Positions 1 through 14,623 of a stretch of 64,000 bases of DNA are shown in pieces (position 1 is the first letter of the stretch; every line of letters begins with the position of its first letter). Source of the DNA: Gekko japonicus (Eukaryota); contig NW_015167100.1 in NCBI RefSeq assembly GCF_001447785.1, forward strand, positions 62,001-126,000, written 5' to 3'. The position numbers were made by a program, and so were the translations under genes. The notes beneath the pieces were generated by a model. The model did not search any database, was not told the DNA's origin, and saw only the letters and a list, made by a program, of their open reading frames with translations.

Positions 1-2440
1 AAGCTGTAATTGAAGAACCATGGGATTGGATGGGTCAATTTCTGTTCAACAGCCATTTTTGAAAGGATATCAGTTTTTGAGGATATGTCTATTAATCTTG
101 TGATATTGGCTTGCTGCCAGACAGTCTGTATGCTCAATTCTTTTCCGGGCGGGAACCATGGTTGATGTAGAAAAGTGGAGTACCAAGAGATTGGTGGTAC
201 AAGCACATGTTGGTAGATATCCCACATTTTGAGAATGTGTGAAAGAAACATCTGTTTGTTGACTGCCACTGGTTGATTGGAGGACTTGTCCCAAATTAAT
301 CCTGATACAGATGAAGAAGTTGTCGGGGGGAGAAGCGTAGTTCTCCATGCCATCCTGTTATTATCTCATAGTCGACGGATCATTATGGCTAGCAAGGAAG
401 CATTGTGATAAGTTGTGACATCTAGGTAACTTAGTCCGCCTTGTTTGTTATTTCTGCGTAAGGTATAAAAGACAATCCTGGTATATTTGCCTTGCCATAG
501 AAATTTGTTAAATGTGGATTGCCAAAGACAAAGTGCATTTCGTGGTATCCTTAAAGGAATGGAGCAGAACAGGAACATTAGTTTAGGAAGGAGGAAGAAC
601 TTGATTAAATGGTATCTGTCCTGCCATGTCAGATGTAGTTTCTTCCAGCTTAACAAGTCTTTTTGTATTTCCCAAAATTTCTGATGATGATTAAGCTTCA
701 GTAGATCTTTTAGGTTCACTGGAATATGAATCTGAAGGTAAAGAAGAGAGGTTTCAGACCAGTGATAAGAGAAGTTCCTGGTGAGTTTAGCTTTCAACTC
801 TAGTGCAATGTTGAAAGGTAAAATTGAGGATTTAGAAGTATTGACCTTTAAGCCAGAAATCATTCCAAGTGCATTTAGCGCATCTTGTAAATAAGGGAGT
901 GACTCTTCTGGGTTTGTGATGTACAAAAGGATATCATCAGCAAACATAACTCTCCCAGTTCAGTTCCATATATTTGTGGATGTTGTCATATTTGAGAGGC
1001 CAGTGGTTCCAGCGCTATTGCAAATAAAATGGGTGAGAGTGGGCAACCCTGCTTCATTCCTCTACAAATTGGAAAGGAGTCTGAGAGTGTTCCATTGGCT
1101 TGTACTCTTGCTGTTGGGGAGTGATATATAGTGTGAATTAATTGACGGAACTTTTCACCAAACCCCATCTTTTGAAGCAAAGATTGCAAGTAGGGTAATT
1201 CGAGTGAATTGAAAGCCTTTTGAATATCAAGAGAGAGTAACAAAGTAGGCGTCTTAGATTTTGCACATGAGTCAATGATATTCAAGGTTTTGATGGTGTT
1301 GCCAGATAGGTCCCTGCCTGGCCTGGCAAAAAATCCAACTTGATCCAAATGAATATTGTTTGTAATTTATTTATTTATAATGAAGTTGTTTAGTCTTCTG
1401 GTCATTAGGGATGCCAAAAATTTTTAATTGTAGTTCAAGTCTGAGATTGGGCGTTAAGAAGAGGGTGATGATGGATCTTTGCTTTGCTTAGGGATGACAC
1501 TTATAGTAGCAGACTCCCATGAGGGAGGAAGCTCGCCGGAATCAAGAAGAGCATTGCAGGCAGCCAGGAGAGATGGAGCTAGAGTAGAGGCAATTTTCTT
1601 ATAAAACTCCGGCGGAAATCCGTCCGGGCCTGGTGCTTTGTTATTTTTCAAACTCCATACGGTGTCTAGGATCTCTTGTAGTTCGATTGGCCTGTCCAAT
1701 GCTTCCCTGTGTGCCTCTTCAAGAACCCCAATGTTGGTGTGAGATTGAAGATATTCTGAGACTGACGTACAGGACTGTAAAGTAGATGAGTAAGGATCTC
1801 TATAAAAGACTGCAAAGCCTGTGGCAATCTCTTTTGGTTTTATAAGCTGTACGCCTGCCTTGTTAAGTTATGAAGAAACAGTTTTGGACAACCTCTTTTC
1901 TTTTACTCTCCAAGATAGGATCCCAAGGGATTTGAGAGACTTGGTCGAATGACGTTTCAAGCACAGAAGATCTTTCTGTACCTGCGTACGTTCTAAGCTT
2001 TCTAAATGTTTGTGTTCAGCTAACAGTGCTCTATATACTTTCAGACTCCCTTTGTCTTTGTGTAGTCTCTCCAGATGCGTGATATGGTCCATGATATCTT
2101 ACCTCGCAGCTAGCCATTGCTTCTTCAGTTGTGAAGACAATCAATTGCCCCATCAGTACCGCTTTGAGGGCATCCCACATTATTGCAGGTGAAGTTTCTC
2201 CGGTATCATTTCCCCATAGATATTTTGTATATTTAGGTCTATTTCAGTGGAGTGTTTTTCAGAGTAGAGAAGACATTTGTTCGGGGACCATTGTTTAATA
2301 TTGTCAGTGACAGCATTAATGGTGGTGGTCAGGATTCAAATATTGGAGCATTGGTGCCATTGTGATGGCCTGCTTCCAGTTGATGTTTGGGCCCTATTGC
2401 CAAATGATATTGAGCAAAAGAGTCCTGAGAGATGCTGTTA
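1..2440 (-). mobile_element. Degraded L1 (LINE-1) ORF2 fragment
   Basis: Broken minus-strand ORFs with L1 RT motifs: KAPGPDGFPPEFYK (1454-1699), LLSLDIQKAF...QGCPLSPILF (986-1348), FADDILLY (366-947); stops and frameshifts throughout. Right boundary approximate. Confidence 0.9.
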
Positions 2441-2589
2441 GACTGGATTCACTGGGTATATATAGGTCCAGATATTAAATAGTGCTCAGAATTCTTTGGA
2501 GACTCTTTTTAACTTCAGGGGAAGGTCCCTTGGCAATTTCCCCCACTTTTGCTGTCTTACAGTTGCATGCCATCCTTTGAGAAGATATG

Positions 2590-3430
2590 ACTCATATACA
2601 GTGTCCACCAGTAGCTGAACTTTGCCTTTGTTGAACTTGACTTCTCTTCTTTGTGCTCTCTCAAGGAACTGTTGGAGCACCTCATTGTGTTCCTCTATGG
2701 TGGATGCTTCAATAATTATATGCAAGCCTAAGATTTCCCTAAAACACTCATGATTTTTCTGTTGAAAGGCCTCACTGGTGGACTTGATGCCAAAGAGGAG
2801 CCAGTTGACATGATTTTTCTCCCATGAGGTGTTGAAGGGGCACAGGTCTGCAGACTCTTTATCCAGGGCCACTTGCCAGTAGCTGTTTTTCTTATCCAAG
2901 ATGGTGGACAGCTTTTTGCCAGCCAGGTTCCTCTGCACATTTTGTACTGTAGGGATCAAGAAGTGTTGTCACTTGACTGTCTTGTGGAGGTCTCTGGGGT
3001 TTAGATACAACCTGAGCAATCCCCTCCCTTTTTTGAGCTATTACCAGGCTATTATTAACCCATGGTGGTGGTCTGGTCACTTGTGTAATGACACTTTCTC
3101 CTCAAAATCTTCTAGAATTGATTTAAGGGGAGCAACGATAGTTTATGGGTTTGATATAGAGATTTCTGCTGGATATAAACTGAATAAATTCTACAAATAG
3201 CTTATGGGTACTTTCGGCACCTGTGCAGCATTGGTGGTATTGTGGCATCCAAACAAATATGATGCACACTTGGAAAATGCCCAAGGCCTTAAAAACATTG
3301 GGATATTATTGAAAAAGTCCTCTGTTGTGGTTCGGAAATGCAGTGTTAGATCATGGATACTCCAGATCAAGACAAGGGCAATGTTAGCTGAAATGCCCAA
3401 TAATGTTGGATTCCCCTTGTCCATATGACT
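2590..3430 (-). mobile_element. Degraded Ty3/Gypsy pol (protease/RT) fragment
   Basis: ORF 2486-2959 contains ILDKKNSYWQVALDKESADLCPFNT...LLFGIKSTSEAFQ, typical of Gypsy RT; adjacent ORF has PPWVNNSLVIAQK. Confidence 0.75.
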
Positions 3431-5564
3431 TTACACTAGAAATGTTTCTTGTTTTTAGAGAGCAGGGCCTAAAATTTCAGTTTTCTGCCCTCGCAGCACA
3501 TAAAATAATCTATAATCCGTCAAGGAATATATCACATGATGTTGACTGTAGCGATAGTTCTATTAGTATAAATTAACTGGCTTTTATGTTTGCAAAATTA
3601 ATTAGTAGTTACATAGTCTTTCCCCCAAAAAGAGAGGCAAAGTGGAGAGGCAATGTAATATAAAATGGGAAGTGCTTCATCTTCCACCAGCGCCTCAAAC
3701 ACTATTTTGGCACTGTACAACTGGTACATCCTGGAAATGTAATCCCTAGGATGTTTGATGTGTATTGCCAGATATCTAACTACATTTCCCGGCACTCCTT
3801 AAATACTGCCTAAACATTCTCTGAGATGCTGCAGGAGAGGAGAAGAGGCAGGGAGTATCATCTTTCTTCAATCCACTGGACAGCCAACTGATTCCACTGC
3901 TGCCTTCCTATGGAACAATAGAAAGTAAGTTGGGTTGGGGGAAGGAGAAGTAAGGGGAGGGGTTTAGGAGTCCCATAATGGTCCAGATGACATCATCAGG
4001 AACACTGTGGGATTTCAAACTGCTACACAAGCAATCAGAATTGGAACAGGAAAAATCAAGAGATTTGCCAATATACTGGCCCAATTTCAAGGTGAACTTG
4101 AGGATGTATGAGAAGGCTGCCCATCATGACATTTGGTGGGATACTAGTCTACCTTTATAGAATGCTACTTTAACATACTTTCTGAGACCCATCTAACTGT
4201 AATGGTGCTACATTTGTTAGACAGTACTGGACTTTCCTAACCACAATTCATGTATAAACCATGCATATTTTGGTTAAGAAATGATGTTACATCTTAGATA
4301 TGAGGACCCAAAGCCATTGCAGGTTTTAAAAGTAAAATCTACTCTGAATTGTGTATAGTTCAGATGATGTGAACATGGTTCTGACAGGTATACAGTTTTT
4401 CTTTCCTAAGGTACATCGTTGTAGTCAATATTCATTGAAGCCTGCAGCTTTTGTAAATATCATTCTTGTAGGCCAATGGGAATTTGCCAGCATTACTATA
4501 AAATGATTTATGGCTCCCTAAGGTTTAGACTTGCTTGCTGAGTTTAGATGTCAAAAATTATTTTCATCATGAAATTCCCTTGCCTATGAGGCTTTTGATC
4601 ATTCTGTTTTTATTTGAACTGCTTTGTTGCCATCAAGTGGTTCATAACAGCATTTCATCACAATCAAGAAATCACTTTGAAAACCAAAGTCAATTATTAT
4701 ATCAAGCACATTGTTTTGAATAAAAGGAAGGGAACACATATATTGGAGGCTGTTCTTTGGGAGTTCGTTCTGCAAAGCAAAATAAGAATAATTAGTAGAT
4801 GAGACAAACTCATTATAAACCAGATGTTTGCAAGCTGTCAAATGAGGCAATGCTGCTTTTGACTTGCTTTTAATGCCTTCTCCACAATGTTTCTATCATA
4901 TAAATTTATGTGATCTGTTGGCCTACTAAAATCTAGTGAACTAAAATCAGATGAACACGGAGACTAGAGTGGTATGATAAAACAGAAATGTCAGATAAGG
5001 GACATTTGCATGGTACAACAGTTTTTTAACTCCATCTCAATCTGTGATTATAATATATAAATTCTTGCTGTTGGATCACAGACTGTATTCTGCCTTTTCT
5101 TTAGGTTGTCACCTAGATGTTTTCATTTAAAATGAAAATTTCATTTATTTGTAAAAACCTGTTCTTTGGTTATTTTTTCTTTTTTTAAAAAACAACAACA
5201 ACAACAACTCAAATCCAATCAAATTCAAACACCACTGTAAACAGATTAATGTAGTAAAGGTAAGAAAAACTTTTAGAAGCATTGACTTCACCCATATGAA
5301 CTTACCGTGATCTCAGACCAGTGTCTGGAGTCCTGTTTGGTGTGTTCACATAGGCAGAGGTGAGATAGTTGGGCAGAAAAGGACAGGACCTTTTTGCAAT
5401 CATACCCAGACTTTGAAATTCTCTTCCTTCTCCAAGCCCATGTTGTGCCCTCACTTTTCATTATCGTGTTAATGTTTTATGGGTGTGTGTGTGGGGGAAG
5501 GGGTTAGGAATACGTAAAAATCCTTTTTTAAAATTTACAATGCTGCCGTTTCTGGATTTGTTTG

Positions 5565-5755
5565 CTTTATTTACATCCTGCCTCTCTCCCTAGTAGAGAC
5601 TCAAAGCAGCTAACATAATTCTCATCTCCATTTTATCCTCACACCAACCCTGTGAGGTAGGCTAGGCTGAGAGTGTGTGACTGGCCCAAGGAAGTTTCCA
5701 AAGCAGAGTAGGAATTCAAATCTAGATCTCCTAGATCCTAGCCACATCCTAACTC
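5565..5755 (-). mobile_element. Old tRNA-derived/MIR-like SINE
   Basis: ccattttatcctcacaccaaccctgtgaggtagg...gactggcccaagg, homologous to other SINE copies in the window. Confidence 0.7.
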
Positions 5756-8700
5756 TCTCTCACTGTTGATGCAGCAGGGCCTGGAGTAGATCCTTGCAGA
5801 GGCCATTTCAAAAGGTATTGGGGTGGGTGTTTTTTTTTTTACTTTTTGGATTTTTCTACACACCGAGGGAGTCCCCTAAGTCTATAGAAAAACCTGTTGG
5901 GGAAGAGTGTGCCCCTTATCTGAGGAAATGAGTATCCGCACACAGAGGGGACTATTGAGAATTAGATATATAGAGGTTTATCTGTGGACACAACATTATC
6001 TTGGTAGATAACAAAAATAGTGATGCTAAATGAATTCACCCTAAATGCATTTGCAGCGGAAAATGCTGAAAAGCTAATTCAATGTTACAAAGTTAATGTA
6101 GGTTAGAGGAGGTCTGTCTAATTTATAAATTCTTCTGTCATTTTTTATGCCAAAACAAATGCCACTCTCATCTGTAATAACATCCATTAACTCTAAGAAC
6201 AGCAAACTATCAATGCAGGTCATTAGGAAACTGAGCACATACCATTTCCAGTTAGCAGAAAAGAAAACTTTAAAAGATTTCTATTGTACTTTTTTCTCCA
6301 TCTTAGAAAAATATGTTTGGTTGTTAGTAAGTGAATCTGAAATGGAAACTTATAATTAGTAAAAGTGGATGGTGAGTTCTACCTCCAAAAAACAAACATT
6401 TCGTTTCATGTTTGGATGGTTTTCTCAGCCTTTAAATATTCTTACAGGCAGATGGAGACTTTCTTGAGAGATAATCTGATGATCCCTGTTCTGGCTTTCC
6501 TCCTTTAAATACAGCTGATCATCTGATGAGTCAGCTGTTCCATACTCTATTTAACCATCTGCTTGAGTTTAAAACTTGGCAACAAATTACCAGTATGAAA
6601 TGTATTTTCCATCTTTTTCTTTAACCATATTGTATGAATTGAATTATCTGGGACATAAGATTTGACTTCACATTTAGTACAGAAAGATTTGATTTCACAT
6701 AGTACAGTATTTTCATACTGTTCAGATGTATTTAAGAAATAAATTTGCAATCAGTATTTATCAGGATTGCTTAAATGACCAAGTTGGTACCAGTGGGCTG
6801 GATTCCACAGATCTGTTCTGCTGGTGGAAGAGCACATTATTTTGTTGCTAGCAGAATGAATCCATAAGGTCCAGATGCATGGCATGTTTTAGTTTTCAGT
6901 TCTTGCTACCTACTTGGCCTCTATTTAGACCTCACAATAAATAAATATTTATTTAAACGAGACCTTGTTACACAAATACTGGTTAGTCTATCATATGTAG
7001 ATCACAGATCACAGTTTGTTCATAAACACCAATGAGTCTGCTGTTTGCCTTATCCTCCCTTCTAAAAAGAATCCCTATCTGCTATCCTGCACTGTCACAT
7101 GTTGCTACTTACTATCAATCAATCACAATCAGTGGAGGGTAGGAGGGAGGCAGACAAGCTTAGGGCATGATCAAGATCTCTGATTTGCTCTTAGCTAAGC
7201 CAAAACAGACAGCTTCCCCTCTCCCTTTCTGTCTAACCACTCACAGTATGCCTGTGAGACTGCACTGTATTCACCAAAGATAATAACCCTTCCATTAATA
7301 ACATGATGTCTCTGATCTAGTCATGGATTATTAATGGCTTTTCCACTGCAACTTTCATTCATAAAATGTGCAATTAAGTTATGGAACTTGCCAGTACAAA
7401 ACATGAGGATGAGTATTAGATTAGATGCTTCAAAATGAACTAGAAAGGAATCCTGTCTAATAATAGTTAAGCAGATGCTTTCCATGTTGACCAGTACACC
7501 CTAGAATATTAGATGCTGGGGACAAACAATGGGGAATGGCTTCATGTTCTGCTTTGTTACTGTTCACTATCAGATGCCAGTAATAGTCACCTGCTTATGT
7601 TCCTCTCTGAAAGCTTTTGCACTTCTGTGGCACTTATTTAAAATAGGCATTCTCAGCTATATTGTAGAAATACTGCCATCCAATGGTTGCTATATTATGT
7701 TGTTTTGACAGAGTCAGAAGGAAACAGGTTAACTTTCAATCAAACATTTTAATTATTAAGATGTGGAATCCCCACCCCCCAATTTCTAGTTTAGTGCATT
7801 TTGAACCAATATTCCTCACTGTTGGAAGTTGATGTTCCTATCTAGCGAGAAATAAATCTTGCTTGAAATGCACTTCATTTCTTAATGCATTGCTTCAACT
7901 TAATGAGGCCATTTTAACTGTACTAACAACCACAATATCTTCAAATCATATAATTACTGTATCATTTTTAACTGAGCAGTGTATGCTCCATTCCTTTATC
8001 CACCTATTTAAAGAAGAGGTTGAAATACATGGATCTAGAAAATACACCAAGTACAAAACACCATGAACTACTATTTGTATATGGCTTCTGATCTGGTTTA
8101 ATGAGATTCATGTACATTTTCATGGCTAGGTCACCGTAATCAAGGCACATTCATTATATTATTCTCAGCCATGATCTAGTTCAGTTAAAAAAATACTGGC
8201 TTAATGTGATTTGTTGTTAAGTCCATTGTGCATGCCAGCAATTATTAAATATTTTACATGCTTACATGAAATATATTATGATGTATTTTAATAACTCTCT
8301 TAAATAAAAATTAAGATAACAGTAATATAATGTCCTGGGTTTTCTGACATTTTTTTCAACTATTTTGTTTAGCATCTAGGGTACTATTTATAAAATATGC
8401 TTTGACACACTTAACGTCTGATTAGATGTGATGTTAAATGTGAAACCCCAACCCAACTTGAGTTTAGCATCTTATCTGATCAGAAGTTTAGTGATATAAT
8501 CCCTACCCTTCCACTCAAACCACATGACTCAAAAGACCCACCAACACATAATTAAAAAGAGGCCTTTCTGTTCCCTCAGAATAGCTCAGTCTCCTCACAG
8601 CCTCCATGTTGGAGCTGGGCACCAGTCCCAACACTCATGCTTCTAGATCTGGCTAATAATCTTCTATGGTTGAACCAGTGCAAGCATTTTGAGAGTAGCT

Positions 8701-9555
8701 AATTAGTCTGAACTCTTCAGTCTTAAAGTCTTAAAGTTCTATTTTCTTGACATAAGAATTGCTTACTAGTACATTTGGTAATCACTTATTTTTAAGCATT
8801 CAATAATGTTTACTTGCGAAGTCTGCTACTGGCTATTCTCTGTCATTCCCATTCAAAGCATTTTCAAAAAGTGAAATGAGAATTTGAACTCTGAAATGGC
8901 CCTCTTCTTTATAAGCATTCCATTACAAATGTGAACACTTAGATCTCATAATGTAAAAGGAACTTGGCTCCATGCTTCTGTCCTCAGAGGAACAGGTTTT
9001 TGAAAAAGGCACTGCTCAGATATCTTACCACAATTAGTCTTCTTTGATCCTTGCAGAAATTGTAAACTACATTAAAAATGATTGGCTATACACTGGATGG
9101 GAGGAGAATTCAAAACACAGATTGTTGTATAGCAAAGCTGCATTTTCATATGAATCAAGTTTCAAACTTTGGTAGATTTCCCCCCAAATTCAAGCAAATT
9201 AAAGAGAGTAACCTCAACAAATACTTTGGTTTCAGAAGGTTCTAATACTGCCATCCTAAGCAGAGTTACACCATTAGGAGTTTTACTGATTATCAGGATT
9301 GCAACCACATTGTACCACACTGCTTCAGAGCTCAATGAACCATTGTGACTCACTTAGTCCTTGGACTCCAGAGTGGAGGTGATGGGGATGGAGTCATTTG
9401 TCTCATCCTAGAGTCCCCAATTTGTCTCCATGTCTATTTGAAGATGGAAAATGAATATCTGAATGAGAACATGAAAACAGACATGTTTTTGTCTGTTTCC
9501 ACTTGGGGGGTATTTTTCCTTTCACCCATCTAATACCATTAACTCAATATCTAAA

Positions 9556-11443
9556 GATTCATGTGGGTATCCCTGTTGGTCTGAAGCAGCAGAACAAAGT
9601 CTGAGTCCAACAAACATACCTACATACCAACAAAAATACATGCCTCCAGCTACCATCCTAATCATACCAAATGATTAATTGTATACAGTCAGGTTCTACG
9701 CTACAACCACATCTGCTCCAATCCTACACACAGAGATTCTCACCTGAGGGATCTACAACAAACCTTTCTGGAACTAAAATACCCACTTGAGGAAGTAAAG
9801 AAACAGATTAACAAATCCAGAATACCCAGAGAAAACCTGTTGCAAGACAGGCCCAAAAGAGACAATAACAGAACACCACTAGTGGTCACATACAGCTCTC
9901 AACTCAAAACAGTTCAACACATCATCAGCAATTTACAACCTCTACAGCAGGGCTGTCGAACTAATTTGCTATGATGGCCGGATCTGACATAAAGGAGACC
10001 TTGTTGGGATGGGCCATGTGTGTCATAAAATGTAATGCCAGGTAGCGGAGATATAAACTTTATAAAGGACACAAACACAAAGGGGTTTTTTTTTACTTAA
10101 AATTGAAACATGCTTAAAACATGAGCACTCTTGCAATATTTTGTTTATTTAACAGTGTCTGATAACTGACACCTCTTGCTCTAAATTATTGCATCAAAAT
10201 GTCTGTGCTATTGCAATCTTGAGTATGCTGTTCAGGTGTGTATCTGTAAGCTGCAAACCTAAGATGATGTAGCAGCAGCAGAACTGGAAGAATAAGCAGA
10301 AGACAGCCAGTTCCACTGTGGGCCTGATAGAAGCCCACAACAATACAACATCTAATGTGAACATGGACACTGTTTCCAGAGCTTGCAATAAACCCAGATG
10401 CCAACTTTGTTGCCACATACACCCCAACAACACAATCACTGGATCTAACATCAACTACACCATCTCAGGCTTATTCACATGTTCATCTTCTAGCAGGGCC
10501 TGCAAGATGGAGCTGTTCCACCAGACCTTTGGCTGAGGCAGTGAGTTTCCATGTATGGCCTCCCTGAGGTTGTTGTCACCCACAATAATATGCTAGGCAA
10601 CCTGTCATCCATCTACCAAGCCAAATAATATGCTATGCAACCTCTCAATGCCCTTTGGTCGAACCCTACACCAAAAGATAAATGGACACAAATCTGACAT
10701 CAAGAATCACAAGACTGAGAAACCTGTAGGAGAACACTTCAACCTTCCAGGACATTCAGTGGGTGACCTCAAAGTAGTTGTTCTATTGCAAAGGAATTTC
10801 AGGAGCAGACTAGAAAGATAAATTGCTGAGTTTCAAGTTATTACAACACTCAGAACAATATCCCAGGACTTAACAGGGATATTGGTTTCTTATCTCACCA
10901 ATCCCCCAGAAGGGCAATACATCATCTTTATTTTATTCCTTATTTGGAATAATAGATTAGAATAATAGATTGTAATGCAACATAATGAATAGTAAAATGT
11001 AATGCAATTTGGAATGGAAGATTGAAATGTATGTCTCTGGTCTGGGAACAGGGGAGATACCTCTACACAGACAATCACCCCACTTCAAAAAGGTGATGTA
11101 GAAAGGCCACCTCCATGCTTGAGAGGAGACGGATGGAGTGTAATGACAGGGTCTCAGTTAATTATTCTCAGCATTCCACAATTAAGGATACCTCAGTCTC
11201 CAATTTAGACATATATATTTATTTCACTATGCTTTCCCTCTGAAACTGAACCCAAACAAATGGTAACCATATAAACTAAGCTTGTTATTCCTGAATCTGC
11301 TAAACATCTTCATTATGTTGCATGCTAATTTATGTATGGGCTGGTAATTTCCATTTCATGGAAGTGTGCATGCACATGAAAGCTCATACCTTTAATAAAA
11401 TGTTCTTGGTCTTAAAAATGCCACTGAATTCAAACTTCGTTCA
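9556..11443 (+). mobile_element. Degraded Penelope-like element (RT C-terminus and GIY-YIG endonuclease) with inverted 5' tail fragment
   Basis: Translates to HASSYHPNHTK..IVYSQVLRYNHICS, CNKPRCQLCCHI and GHKSDIKNHKTEKPVGEHFNLPGH (ORFs 10318, 10630); PLE tail at ~11355-11443 and an inverted tail piece at ~9556-9610. Interrupted by another repeat from ~9948. Confidence 0.8.
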
Positions 11444-14400
11444 AATGTCTAAAGTAAGCATGAAATCTAGTTCTGCAAATGAGATGACACATGTTGTGCT
11501 ACTCAGAGCTTTTCTTCTTCTGTCAATGTCCATTAACGTGCAACACCTGGTGCTTGTATAAATACTTTGCTCTTCATGTAAATTAAACAGTTTTTTTAAA
11601 GTACTGAATATGAAGACTAATGTGTATACAGATTAGTAATGAGCTTAGATTAGTCATGTATACATTTTAGTGATAAATCCCACATTCAAAAGCCAGTTGA
11701 ATATAATGTGGAGTATAATAACTTCTGGAAAGGGGACTGGAGTAGAAAGTAGACTCTTGGTCTAAGTAAACATATCTGAGAACTTTTGTGTTCTACCAGA
11801 GCATGTCTTGTTATGGATTGTGTATTCAATCCTGTTTTGCAACAAGGCAAACCAGACAAACACCACAAAGTGTCAACAACTGTGTTTATAAAATATATAA
11901 AAAGGAAAGCCTTCTTAATTTATATGACTTCATAATTAAATGACATTTTAGGAAACTCTAAATAAAAACACAGTGAATTCCTGTGCTGTTTGTTTATACA
12001 GTCTGTGCTCTTGTTTTTAGTAATTTACCAAAGTTTTTACAAATGTATTTAAAAAAACCAAAACAAAATATTTGAGTGGATCCAAATCTCTCTCTCTCTT
12101 TCTTTCTCTCTCTTCTTTTGCCAGCAAGTCAGTTTAGTTAGTGGAGGGGGAAAATATTGCCTGTTTCCCCCTTCCATGCACAACACTTTGGGCTGTGTCG
12201 TGTGCTGTGGTGGGCAAAAGTTCTGCTCTGTAAACAGATTCCTGATTATGGTTCTTTGGATCCAATCCACAATTTCTATGTCAAAAGTAACAATCAAGTA
12301 TGCTTAAAGAAAAGATTAAAACTGCTTTATTCTCCAGCTCATTCCAAATCCATGTTTCTTGATCCTAGATATCCCTACTTCTCCAAAGTAATCCTCCATG
12401 GTTGTACACCTTTTTCTCTAGAAATATTTACTATTTTTACAGTCAAGCTCTTCTAAGTATTTAATTTCCCTGTAATTTATCTGTACTTAATTGTATTTGT
12501 AGAAACATTTCCACACAGTGATACAACAGCAGATATCTAGGCATGCTGCAAACTTCACCATGAACATAATGGATTACCTTGTTTAATTTCCTCAATTATG
12601 TACAATGCAAGATCCTGATTTAGGTTGTTTCAGTTTTCATTGCTGGTGTCAGGCTTTGTGCCTGCATAGTAACAGTTTATTATATAAGGTCAAGTTATTA
12701 CAACTTTGGTTGTCGCATTTCCACTTGTCAGTCTCTGAAGTGCTTACAGCAGTTGCCTTAAAAAAAATAAAAATTGGCACTCTTACATAATTATGCTATT
12801 TCTACCAATAGGAGATATTCGATATTCCTGGTTGTGACACCCCTTCTTCATTTATACAGAGTGCCTAACACACTCTGTATAAACCTCTCTTTGTGTCAGG
12901 TTCTGGGTTAAAGTAGGTCAGGACATCACACTTGCCACCCTTCTTGTCTCTTTTAAACATGCCATGACCATTTCATACCTCAGGTCCTCTCTCACTCACA
13001 GAGTCATCCACAGACAGGGTATCCCAGCTCCCTTTAAAAGCAAGCCCTCACTCACACAGTTATTGGGTTGAGGCTCATACACTGTTCCATTCACACGCTG
13101 CCACCATTTATTCATATCCTATTAGATGTATATTGTGTGAGTGTGTTTCCTTCCCTTAGACATGCAGCCCGTAGGGTTAGACTAAACAAGAAGTTAACTT
13201 TTATTTATGTTATTATGGTAATGTATTATCAGTGTTAAGATAGAAGTTACGATGTTTCGCTTCCGTTGAACTTTTGAACTGTGATCCTGTTCCCACAACT
13301 GGAATCCTGGGATTACAAATGGACTCTTTTCAGCCCACTGTAAGCAGCTCTTCTACACAGTTTCACTCAGTCAGACCTCAGCTCCCTAACTGCCAATTCT
13401 CAACTCCTGTTCTTAACTGCTGTTTTCCAACTGTTTCTCCCAACATTCCATCAGCTCTCATTGGTTGGCCTTAGGGAGAGGTGGAATCTCAAACTGAATT
13501 AAAACAGTGAACAGAAGGCGTGGGATTCAAGTTCATAACAAGGCACATAGGCTGCATCCATACATCATTGGATATTAACTATCGCTCCCCTGTAGCAATC
13601 ATTAACAACTGGCTTTTCCTGTGTGGTCAAGAGATGAATAATTGTTATAGTTCAACAATAGTACTAAATCCAATGTGTGGATGCAGCCATAAAGACATTT
13701 AAACCATAAACCTCAATTAAAAAAATATTTTGAAACTGGAGGCTGTGGTGGTGATGGCTGAGATCTTGCTGCGGCACAAAAACCAAGAAAACAGTGCTAT
13801 GTGAAACAGACACATCTGAGCTTGTTTTGATGTATCTGAAATGGTCAGTCATCTCCCTGTTTGCCAACCAGCAAGTAGGACATGAGCCAGACCAGCAGGT
13901 GTTTGTGTATGGCCACACACATACAAACACACACACACACAAACTTCTCTGCAGGCTCAAATCAACTTCATGCCCTCATCTCATGTGCACAACTCACTGG
14001 CTGGCTAGGTACAGTGAAAAAGAAGTTGTGCAGTTCTCAAGTGATTATCACACTTAGGTAACATATCGATTTGAACTGAAGTACCTTATGAGGAACATAC
14101 TGAAGATCATGGCAATCCTGCCATTATAAATCCATCCTTGGGTCCTGGGGAACCATTAGGATAGTAATAAATCTGTGCATAAGGTAGATAGTTGCCACTT
14201 AATTATATTTTAAGTGCAGCATAATAGAATTACACCTGAGTCTCCAGTCACTATAGATATGACTATCTAATAGAGCTTGGTGTTTGCGATCTAACAGCAA
14301 CACTTAGTGGAATATATTTAATTTCTGTATTTAATTTTTTCTCCTAGGACCTGATCCAATACAGGCTTAGCCAATCTAAAGCTGCACAATTGCATTCAAA

Positions 14401-14623
14401 GGTGTTAAAAGCTAGGCACACTTAAACGGTATATACAAACTAGATAACTGAATTCCTTAAATGGCATATACAAAGTAGATACTGAATTCCACACACTTTC
14501 ATGATAGTCATATCCCAGTCTTGCAGTACCAACTTCCACATCATGTATTTGGAACTCTCTGAAATGAATGTGTTGATATATAAGGGCTGAGAAAAGAGAA
14601 AAGATCCAATAATCCCAAATTAA

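Noticed and set aside
2440-2600. Apparent L1-Gypsy chimeric element
   Set aside because: Both pieces are heavily decayed; adjacency is most simply independent insertion and deletion.
12833-13540. Possible solo LTR (TG...CA)
   Set aside because: No matching TSD and no second copy in the window.
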